From the IMG/VR virus record IMGVR_UViG_3300049192_000018, positions 1 to 35,454 of that record: a stretch of 35,454 bases of DNA. One strand, written 5' to 3'. This DNA is from a virus (lineage: Duplodnaviria > Caudoviricetes). Below the pieces are notes generated by a model. That model searched no databases. It saw only the letters and a program-made list of their open reading frames with translations, and had not been told where the DNA came from. This document shows positions 26,248 through 33,599 of the stretch, one piece after another. The translations under genes were made by a program, and so were the position numbers. Position 1 is the first letter of the stretch, and each line of letters starts with the position of its first letter.

Positions 26248-26700
26248 ATGGAATTGCCTGCAAGTGTTCAGGAGATAGCTGACGTTATCGGGCGTGACAA
26301 AGCGTTATTGCTGATCGGGAAATTGCCGAAGGCTTACAGTCGCGACAAGCGATGGCCAGGCGCGCAGAAGTCCACACTGGTGATGTACGTGCCGACCGTG
26401 AAGCGCCTGGGCCTGGACCACTTCCTGGTCAAGACGCTGGGCTACATCGACGCAGTGAAGATGTGCGAAGCGTTCGGCGGCGAAATCATGTATCCGGCCA
26501 GCTGCGCGAACATTCACCGTAAATTCAGGGACGACAGCATTCTGGCGATGATGCGCACTGGAATGCGCGCGCAGACCGTTGCGGCAATCGTCGGCGTGTC
26601 GGATAGGCATGTGCGCAATCTGGTGAAGGAAAACCCACCAGAGGTTTGCCGTCTGGCATCTAACGATAATGCGGAGGTCAACAACGAGGCCGCCGCTTAA
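26248..26700 (+). CDS. Mor/C-like transcription activator (late gene regulator)
   Basis: LP...QEIADVIG...AL.L, A.K.C..FGGE..Y, RD..I......G......A...GVS.RHV..L; directly upstream of lysis genes. Confidence 0.78.
   Translation: MELPASVQEIADVIGRDKALLLIGKLPKAYSRDKRWPGAQKSTLVMYVPTVKRLGLDHFLVKTLGYIDAVKMCEAFGGEIMYPASCANIHRKFRDDSILAMMRTGMRAQTVAAIVGVSDRHVRNLVKENPPEVCRLASNDNAEVNNEAAA
26631..26670 (+). promoter_or_regulatory. Activator-dependent promoter candidate B (lysis/terminase operon)
   Basis: AAACCCACCAGAGG + 20 nt + GATAAT. Confidence 0.72.
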
Positions 26701-26949
26701 ATGGAACAACAGCAGAATGTAGACGCAGCAGTTGCTGCGATTGGGTCTAAGGTCACTTATGCCGGTTCGGCTGGCAGTGTCCTGGGATGGATGGCAACCA
26801 GCGAAGCAGGCGTGCTGTTCGGCATCCTGGCGGCCATCATCGGCCTGGCAGTGAATGTGTTCTACAAGCGCCGCGAAGACCGCAGGCAGCAGGAAGAACA
26901 CGACGAGCGCATGAGGCTGCTACGGGCCGAGGGCGCGCATCATGAGTAG
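26701..26949 (+). CDS. Holin
   Basis: SK.TY.GS, hydrophobic GVLFGILAAIIGLAVNVFY, charged tail; precedes endolysin. Confidence 0.88.
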   Translation: MEQQQNVDAAVAAIGSKVTYAGSAGSVLGWMATSEAGVLFGILAAIIGLAVNVFYKRREDRRQQEEHDERMRLLRAEGAHHE

Positions 26950-27460
26950 GCAGCGGATTGCTGTTGCTGTGCTGTCTATCAGCGCGGCAGCATTCGCTAC
27001 TTGGCAGGCAAGCGAAGGCTTTGCGCCAAAGGCGGAAATCCCGACTAAGGGCGACGTGCCAACAATCGGGTTCGGTTCGACGCGGTATGAAGACGGAACG
27101 CCTGTGCAGATGGGCGACACGATCACGCGGCAACGGGCTGTGCAGCTGGCTAAGAACCTGGCTTCGAAGGATGAAGCGAAGTTCAGGGCGTCGCTCCCTG
27201 GTGTGCAGCTGTACCAGGAGGAATACGACACGTACCTGGACTTCACCGGGCAGTATGGCATCGGCAACTGGCGTGCGTCGAGCATGCGCGGCTATTTGCT
27301 TGATGGGAAGTATGCGGCGGCTTGCAAGTCACTGCTGCGATATCGGTTCGCTGCAGGATACGACTGCAGCACGCTGGTCAATGGCCAACCGAATAAGCGC
27401 TGCTGGGGCGTGTGGGTAAGGCAGAAGCAGCGATTTGATAAATGTATGGCAGCCCAGTGA
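26942..27460 (+). CDS. Endolysin, GH24 lysozyme, probably SAR type
   Basis: Weakly hydrophobic N-terminus, SEGF...GDVPTIGFGST catalytic triad, C.GVW.R...R..KC. Confidence 0.93.
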   Translation: MSRQRIAVAVLSISAAAFATWQASEGFAPKAEIPTKGDVPTIGFGSTRYEDGTPVQMGDTITRQRAVQLAKNLASKDEAKFRASLPGVQLYQEEYDTYLDFTGQYGIGNWRASSMRGYLLDGKYAAACKSLLRYRFAAGYDCSTLVNGQPNKRCWGVWVRQKQRFDKCMAAQ

Positions 27461-27488
27461 TATGGGCATTTTTTATAAGGAAGTCGGC

Positions 27489-27683
27489 ATGAAACGTATT
27501 TATGAGTTTTTAGAGAAGCACGAATTCACCCTTGAACTGCTGATGCTGATCGCATTCGCGGCGGCCTTCGTTCACCAGGTCCATCGTGGGGAAATCGCCT
27601 ACGCTTGCATCAATGCTTTGATGGTGTTGTGGGGCGCTATCGAACTACGCCGCATCCATAAGCGCGCATTGGTGGGCGAATGA
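27489..27683 (+). CDS. Small two-TM membrane protein
   Basis: RBS AAGGAAG; LLMLIAFAAAFV and IAYACINALMVLWGAI; ATGA overlap with spanin. Confidence 0.65.
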   Translation: MKRIYEFLEKHEFTLELLMLIAFAAAFVHQVHRGEIAYACINALMVLWGAIELRRIHKRALVGE

Positions 27684-28240
27684 ACCCGCTGGACGCAATC
27701 AAGACCGCGACGAAGCCCTGGTGGATTCGTCTTTTGCCTTATGCGCTGGCCGTGGCTGCTGTCCTGGCAGCGCTGTGGGCCGCGTACAGCTTCGGCGCTG
27801 ACGTGACCGCAGAGCATTACCAGCGCGTCATCGCGCAGCAGAATGCCGACAACGCAACAGCACTGGCGGCAGAACAGCTGCGCTATCGCGGCCTGGAGCA
27901 GCGCCACGCCATCGACATGGCAACCATTGACCAACATCACCAACAGGAGATTGCCGAACGTGAAGCCATTTCAAACCGCACTATTGCTGACCTGCGCGCT
28001 GGCGCTGTCGGGCTGCGCGACAAGTTCACCACATGCCAACGCACCAGGGGCACAACCGCCCCAGCTGGCACCAGCACCAGCAAGCGTGATGAAGCCGCGT
28101 CCCTCGAACTTCAGCGAGCGGATGCGGAATTTCTTGTTCAGTTCGCCGACGAAGCCGACAGCGTAGCGGACCAGCTGCGGGCGTGTCAGGGCGTTGTGCG
28201 GGCTGATAGGGCGGGCGTTAAGGGGATGCCTAAGCCATGA
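27680..28240 (+). CDS. i-spanin (Rz-like)
   Basis: N-terminal TM, coiled coil, DLRAG...LR, AD....QLRACQ. Confidence 0.88.
   Translation: MNPLDAIKTATKPWWIRLLPYALAVAAVLAALWAAYSFGADVTAEHYQRVIAQQNADNATALAAEQLRYRGLEQRHAIDMATIDQHHQQEIAEREAISNRTIADLRAGAVGLRDKFTTCQRTRGTTAPAGTSTSKRDEAASLELQRADAEFLVQFADEADSVADQLRACQGVVRADRAGVKGMPKP
27960..28166 (+). CDS. o-spanin (Rz1-like lipoprotein) embedded in +1 frame
   Basis: AGGAG RBS, GTG start, MKPFQTALLLTCALALSGC lipobox, Pro-rich mature part. Confidence 0.85.
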   Translation: MKPFQTALLLTCALALSGCATSSPHANAPGAQPPQLAPAPASVMKPRPSNFSERMRNFLFSSPTKPTA

Positions 28241-28377
28241 TGCGCACACCACCACCAGCACCACCGGCACCACCTGTGCGCCATGTGTGCGTTGCATGTG
28301 GCCCGCTATTGGCTGACGGTCGTCATCGTGACCTACTGTGCAGGCTGGTCATTTGGTTGACCAGCAAGGGTAAGTGA
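28237..28377 (+). CDS. 46-aa Pro/Cys-rich hypothetical peptide
   Basis: Fills the gap exactly, with ATGA and TGATG overlaps at its two ends. Confidence 0.5.
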   Translation: MMRTPPPAPPAPPVRHVCVACGPLLADGRHRDLLCRLVIWLTSKGK

Positions 28378-28574
28378 TGCGCATCCCTGTGTTCACCAGC
28401 CTGGGCAAGCGCAAGGACAACGCACAGCGTCGCATCCCTGACCAGGACATCATCTCCATGCGTGACATGGCCAAGCGGCACAGCACTGAACAGGTGGCTG
28501 CCGCCTTCCCTCACGTGAGCAATAGCTATGTGCGTCGCGTGTTGGCAGGCAAGGCAAGGGATGATGTGGCGTGA
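28377..28574 (+). CDS. Small HTH-like protein
   Basis: I...R.......EQVAAAF.HVS.SYVRRVL.GK.R. Confidence 0.62.
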   Translation: MRIPVFTSLGKRKDNAQRRIPDQDIISMRDMAKRHSTEQVAAAFPHVSNSYVRRVLAGKARDDVA

Positions 28575-28602
28575 ATGCAACGTTGTTTTTACGCAACGTT
28601 TT

Positions 28603-28647
28603 GGGTCCTTACTGGCCTTGGGTATATGCGGGGGCATAAGGCCCGCG
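28603..28647 (+). other. Lambda-like cos site (cosQ plus cosN candidate)
   Basis: GGGTCCT (lambda cosQ sequence) at 28603-28609, then GCGGG-GGCATAAGG-CCCGC dyad at 28628-28646, just upstream of terS. Confidence 0.68.
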
Positions 28648-28706
28648 CCGTTTCATATCTGCGTGGGTTTTGAAAACGGAAATTATAATAACCAAAAGAA
28701 ATAAGC

Positions 28707-29210
28707 ATGGGCGTCAAACTTAACCGAGGGCAACTCGCAGACCACATGGGCATTTCCCTGCCAACAGTGGACCGCTGGGTTAAAGAGGGCATGCCAGTCG
28801 AACAGCGCGGCCAGCGTGGCGTGCAGGCGGTCTACGACCTGGCAGATGTAATACGCTGGCGCATCGACCGCGCCGCCAAGGACGCTGCAGCCGACGCGCC
28901 AGACGACTTGTCCGCCATCGAAAAGCGGACGGCCCAGGCCAAGATGCTGACCGCTGAACTGGAACTGGCGAAGAAGAAAGGCGAGGTTGCGCCCGTCCGC
29001 GACTTCGAACGCGCCCAGGCAAAAGTGTTCGCGCAAATCCGCGCCAACGTGATGAACGTCCCGCAGCGTTGCGTCATCCAACTGCTGGGCGAAACCGATG
29101 AAACAATTTTCAAGGACAAGTTGCGCAAGGAACTAACGCTGGCGCTGCAAGCCGCTTCCGAAGCTGACCTTACCCTGGAAGACGAAGACGAAAGCGAGGG
29201 CGACGAATGA
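28707..29210 (+). CDS. terS: Terminase small subunit (Nu1-like)
   Basis: LNR.QLA...GIS..TV.RW...GMP, YD.ADVI.W, coiled coil. Confidence 0.93.
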   Translation: MGVKLNRGQLADHMGISLPTVDRWVKEGMPVEQRGQRGVQAVYDLADVIRWRIDRAAKDAAADAPDDLSAIEKRTAQAKMLTAELELAKKKGEVAPVRDFERAQAKVFAQIRANVMNVPQRCVIQLLGETDETIFKDKLRKELTLALQAASEADLTLEDEDESEGDE

Positions 29211-29410
29211 CGCGCCCGCTGCGTTGCCTGCTTGGCTGGCACAAGTACACCGCGCCACTGGTTCAGGAACTGGCGGAAATTCGCGGCAAGGCGCGCCGCA
29301 TCGTCAACCGCACCGAAACGCGATACTGCATCCACTGCGACCACAGCGATGTCCGCAGCGAGTGGATTAGCAAGCGCGCCTTAAAGCGATTCACCACCAA
29401 CGAACAATGA
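29207..29410 (+). CDS. Small Cys/His protein between terminase genes
   Basis: LRCLLGWHKY...YCIHC; ATGA overlaps at both ends. Confidence 0.7.
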   Translation: MTRPLRCLLGWHKYTAPLVQELAEIRGKARRIVNRTETRYCIHCDHSDVRSEWISKRALKRFTTNEQ

Positions 29411-31452
29411 CTATCGTCGCCGAAGCCTTCCGTAACGCGGATGCCGTGCTGGCCGCCATCCGCCGCGCCGCCGTGAACCTGATCCCGCCGAAGGACATGC
29501 TGCCGTCCGAATGGGCGATGGAAAACGTGCGCATCCCAGTCGGCAATGCGATCCCTGGACCGATCGATTTCGACAACGCGCCGTATCAGCGCGGCATGCT
29601 GGACGCGATCAAAATCCCTGGCATTCGCCGCATCGACTACATGACCGGCGCGCAGCTTGGCAAGACGACTGTGCAGCAGTGCATCACCGGATATTTCATC
29701 GCGCACGAACCACGTTCACAAATCCTGGTGCAGCCGACGCAGGGCGACGTGCAGACGTTCCTGGAAACGAAGCTGCGTCCCATGCTGGACGCAAACCCTG
29801 CCATCGCCGACAAGATGGCGAAGCAGCGCGGGCGCGAGGGCGTCAACAACAGCCGCATCATTTCGTATGTCGGCGGCTGGCTGATGTTCAGCTGGGCCGG
29901 TTCGCCGAAGACCCTGCGCGGGCGTTCCGCGCCGATCACGCAGGCCGACGAAGTGGACGGCATGGACGCGACGCCTGAAGGCGATCCAGTCGAACTGCTG
30001 TCGCAGCGCGCCGCCACGTTCGGCGACCAGGCGCTGAACACGCGCAGCAGCACGCCGACAGTCAAGGGCGCTTCGCGCATTGAAACCGGCTTCGAAGAAG
30101 GCGACCAGCGCCGCTACTACGTGCCCTGCCCTGACTGCGACACGCCGCAATACTTCCAGTGGCAGAACGTCCGCTGGGAAGGCCGCGTGTCCACGAGCGT
30201 CAAGGAATGGGAACTGGATCTGAACCAGGAACACAAGCCGGAAACGGCGCTGTACTGCTGCGAGTATTGCGGCACGCTGTGGGACGACGGCCAGCGCATC
30301 GCCGCCATCCGCAACGCTGAACGCCTGGGTCACGGCTGGAAGGCTGCGAAGCCGTTCAAGGGGCATGCGTCGTTCCACGCTCCTGAAATGCTTTCAACGT
30401 TCCGCCGCCTGCGCGACATCGTGCAGTCCTACCTGGACAAAATCGCCGTGGGCGACATCCAGTCGTTCCAGAACGTCAGCCTGGCGGAAACGTTCGAAGA
30501 AACCGGCGAGAAGGCCGACCCGACCACGCTGCAGGGCCGCGCAGAAGCGCTGGGCTGGATGCAAGGCGACGTGCAAGTTCCAGCTGGTGGCGTGTACTTG
30601 ACGGCGGGCATCGACATGCAGAACGACCGCCTGGAAGTCGAGATTGTCGCCTGGGGCGTCGCAGAGGAAAGCTGGTCCGTCGATTACCGCGTGCTGTGGG
30701 GCGACACCATGCAGGACGATGTGTGGGACGACCTGGACGACTTGCTGGCCGAGCAGTTCACACACGAAAGCGGCGCGTTGCTGTCCATCCAGTCTGCCGT
30801 TCTGGACACTGGCGGCACCGCTGGCCACACGCAGCGCGCCTACGAATACGCAAAGGGCAAGACGGGCCGCCGCCTGTTCGCTGGCAAGGGACAAGGCGGC
30901 TGGGGCATTCCTATCGTGCAGGCACCGCAGCGCCGCCAGTCGGGCAAGCAGCGCCGCAAGGTCGACCTGTTCATTGTTGGCGTTGACGAAGCAAAACTGA
31001 TGGTGATGCGCCGCCTGGCTCAAGCAAAGCCAGGCCCAGGCTACTGCCACGTGCCCGCCGACCGTGACGCCGACTGGTACAAGCAGATCACCGCTGAAAA
31101 ACTGCTGACGCGCTACGTGAAAGGCCAGCCTGTTCGCGAATGGCACAAACCTGACAAGGCGCGAAACGAAGCGCTGGACTGCAGGGTGTACGCCTATGCC
31201 GCACTGAAGATCACGCTGCCGAACCTGAAGAAGATCGCAGAGCGCATGAAATCGTTCATTCCGCCGCAAAAACCGGCTGAAAACAGCGAAAAAACAGCGA
31301 AAAAACCAGTAAAAACGCCCGAAAAACTGCCCGAAAAACAGCAGGAAAACCCACCAGAGGAACCGAAACCGCGCGTCGTTCAAACTGCACAGGTGCGTCA
31401 GTCCGCGCCTGCGAGGGCGACGAAGCGACGCAATTTCGTGAATAACTGGTGA
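29407..31452 (+). CDS. terL: Terminase large subunit (lambda gpA family)
   Basis: PYQ, AQLGKT, ADEVD, STPT, GDQRRYYVPCP.C, LTAGIDMQ, RNEALDC.VYA. Confidence 0.97.
   Translation: MTIVAEAFRNADAVLAAIRRAAVNLIPPKDMLPSEWAMENVRIPVGNAIPGPIDFDNAPYQRGMLDAIKIPGIRRIDYMTGAQLGKTTVQQCITGYFIAHEPRSQILVQPTQGDVQTFLETKLRPMLDANPAIADKMAKQRGREGVNNSRIISYVGGWLMFSWAGSPKTLRGRSAPITQADEVDGMDATPEGDPVELLSQRAATFGDQALNTRSSTPTVKGASRIETGFEEGDQRRYYVPCPDCDTPQYFQWQNVRWEGRVSTSVKEWELDLNQEHKPETALYCCEYCGTLWDDGQRIAAIRNAERLGHGWKAAKPFKGHASFHAPEMLSTFRRLRDIVQSYLDKIAVGDIQSFQNVSLAETFEETGEKADPTTLQGRAEALGWMQGDVQVPAGGVYLTAGIDMQNDRLEVEIVAWGVAEESWSVDYRVLWGDTMQDDVWDDLDDLLAEQFTHESGALLSIQSAVLDTGGTAGHTQRAYEYAKGKTGRRLFAGKGQGGWGIPIVQAPQRRQSGKQRRKVDLFIVGVDEAKLMVMRRLAQAKPGPGYCHVPADRDADWYKQITAEKLLTRYVKGQPVREWHKPDKARNEALDCRVYAYAALKITLPNLKKIAERMKSFIPPQKPAENSEKTAKKPVKTPEKLPEKQQENPPEEPKPRVVQTAQVRQSAPARATKRRNFVNNW
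31347..31386 (+). promoter_or_regulatory. Activator-dependent promoter candidate C (head operon)
   Basis: AAACCCACCAGAGG + 20 nt + CAAACT; phased A-tracts upstream. Confidence 0.7.
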
Positions 31453-31461
31453 TGGGCATAC

Positions 31462-32010
31462 GTGAACGACATTCTTCCAGCAAAAATTAGCGCTGGGCTG
31501 ACATTTTCCAAGCTGGTGACACTGGCATGCTACCCGGCGACGGGTTGGCAGCTGTCCGTGTCTCTGCGCGGGCCTGCCGCCATCGACCTGCAGGGGGTCG
31601 CGGAAGGCGTGGACCATCGCCTGGCGGCGTCGGCCGTCGAAACAGCAGCCTATGCACCTGGCCTGTACGTGTACAGCGCCCGCGTATCGGCTGATCAAGT
31701 CGTTATCGAAGTCGATGCGGGCCGCGTCGAAGTCTTGCCTGACCTGGCGCAGATGCCAGGTGGCAGTGATGTGCGCAGCCACAACCGCATCGTCCTGGAA
31801 AACATCTGCGCCGTTATCGAGAAGCGCGCAACGATGGACCAGCAGCGCTACATCATCAGCACGCCGAACGGCCCGCGCGAACTGTGGCGCACGCCGATCA
31901 AGGATTTGCTGCTGCTTAAGCAAACCTATCAAGCCCTTGTGCGCGATGAAGATGCCGCAGCACGTGGTGGAAATGTCTTTGGGCGCGAAGTGCGCGTAAG
32001 GCTGAAATGA
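31462..32010 (+). CDS. Head completion / head-tail joining protein (gpW position)
   Basis: Between terL and portal; L..I.AVIE.RA..DQ..Y.I...R.L.R.P..DLL.L...Y. Confidence 0.72.
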   Translation: MNDILPAKISAGLTFSKLVTLACYPATGWQLSVSLRGPAAIDLQGVAEGVDHRLAASAVETAAYAPGLYVYSARVSADQVVIEVDAGRVEVLPDLAQMPGGSDVRSHNRIVLENICAVIEKRATMDQQRYIISTPNGPRELWRTPIKDLLLLKQTYQALVRDEDAAARGGNVFGREVRVRLK

Positions 32011-33599
32011 ATTTCTTCAGTATGTTTAAACGCAGTGCGCCGATGCCGGAAGTGGCAGCGCCACTGGCCGACACCCGCCCTACCCGTTCTGGCCTGCGTC
32101 AAGCTGCGCGCGTGATGCAGCGTGCCGTGCGCATGTTCGCATCCGCAGGCAGCGACCGCCTGACGAAAGACTGGGGTAGCACGCCGCTGTCCGCCGACGA
32201 CATCATTCAACGCAACCAGGTGGCGCTGGTTGCCCGCTCGCGCCAGATGGTGGCGAACAACGACCACGCCCGTGCCTTCATTCGCATGTGCCGCCAGAAC
32301 ATCGTCGGTCCTGGCGTGATGATGCAGGCCCAGGTGAAGACTGCCAGGGGCAAGCTGGACGTTGACGTGAACGCCGCCCTGGAATCTGGCTGGAACGACT
32401 GGGGGCACCGACGCAGCTGCACCGTCACCGGCAAGAAAAGCTGGCGAGCAGTAAAGCTTGGCGCTGTGCGCGACGCCGCGAAGGACGGCGAATTCTTCGT
32501 GCGAAAAATCTACGGCAGCGACGCTGGGCCGTGGGGCTTCGCGCTGCAGACCATCGACCCGCAGCGCTGTCCTGTTGACCTGGACGTGCAACGCGTGAGC
32601 GGCGGCACGAATTTCGTGCGAGCAGGTATCGAGTTCAACCGCTTCGGGCGGCCAGTGGCGTACTACTTCACGACCACGGACGAAAGCGAACAGGCATTCG
32701 TGTACAGCGGGCGCAAGCACGTGCGTATCGCCGCCGACGAAATCATTCACGGCTTCCTGGAAGAAATAGAAGGCCAGAAGCGCGGCCTGCCGTGGATGGC
32801 GACCGGCCTGCTGCGCCTGCGCAACCTGCAGGGATACGAAGAAGCCGCTGTGATCGGCCAGCGCATCAGCGCGTCGAAGATGGGCTGGATTGCCTTCGAC
32901 AAGGACACTGACGGGCCAGAATACGACGAAGACAACCCGCCAGAAATCGACGCTGACCCTGGCACGTTCGGCATCCTGCCGAAGGGCGCGCACATCGAAA
33001 CTTTCGCGCCGTCCGCATCGTCCGGTGAATTCCTGCCGTTCACGAAGCACACGCTGCGCGGTATCGCGTCTGGCTGGGGCGTCCCTTACAACGAACTGGC
33101 ATCGGACCTGGAAGGCGTGAACTTCAGCAGTATCCGCCAGGGCACGCTGGATAGCCGCGAACACTGGAAGGAATTGCAGGACTGGCTGGTTGAAAGCCTG
33201 GTGCAGCCAGTCTTCGAGGCCTGGCTGGAATATTCGCTGCTGAAGGGCCGCATTGCCATCAAGGGCAAGCCGCTGCAGGCGTCGAAGATCGACCAGTACA
33301 ACGCCGTTTCCTGGCAGCCGCGCCGCTGGCAGTGGATCGACCCGCGCGCCGACGTGGATGCAGCGATTGAAGCGAAAAATAATTTCCTGAAGTCGCCAAG
33401 CACGATCATTCGCGAGCAAGGCGAAGACCCGCAGTCCGTCTGGATCGAAACGGCCCGCGACATGCGCGCCCAGGTGGACGCGCTGGAGGGCGAAGGCTTC
33501 ACGCGGGAAGAAGCCATGGACCTGATTAAAAACAGCTTCGGAATTCAGCCGAAGCCACCGGCAGCCGCTGCCAAACCGCAACCGAAAGCTACCGAATGA
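32007..33599 (+). CDS. Portal protein, lambda family
   Basis: L.ARSR....NN, NIVG.G, DGE.F, GIEF...GRPVAY, Q.RG.PW, DL.GVNFSSIR, W.WIDP..D. Confidence 0.96.
   Translation: MNFFSMFKRSAPMPEVAAPLADTRPTRSGLRQAARVMQRAVRMFASAGSDRLTKDWGSTPLSADDIIQRNQVALVARSRQMVANNDHARAFIRMCRQNIVGPGVMMQAQVKTARGKLDVDVNAALESGWNDWGHRRSCTVTGKKSWRAVKLGAVRDAAKDGEFFVRKIYGSDAGPWGFALQTIDPQRCPVDLDVQRVSGGTNFVRAGIEFNRFGRPVAYYFTTTDESEQAFVYSGRKHVRIAADEIIHGFLEEIEGQKRGLPWMATGLLRLRNLQGYEEAAVIGQRISASKMGWIAFDKDTDGPEYDEDNPPEIDADPGTFGILPKGAHIETFAPSASSGEFLPFTKHTLRGIASGWGVPYNELASDLEGVNFSSIRQGTLDSREHWKELQDWLVESLVQPVFEAWLEYSLLKGRIAIKGKPLQASKIDQYNAVSWQPRRWQWIDPRADVDAAIEAKNNFLKSPSTIIREQGEDPQSVWIETARDMRAQVDALEGEGFTREEAMDLIKNSFGIQPKPPAAAAKPQPKATE

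Noticed and set aside
9569-26670. AACGACAAC as a DNA-binding site (e.g. parS)
   Set aside because: Copies I found are always in frame on the coding strand and vary at wobble positions, favouring a peptide motif; not excluded without a full scan
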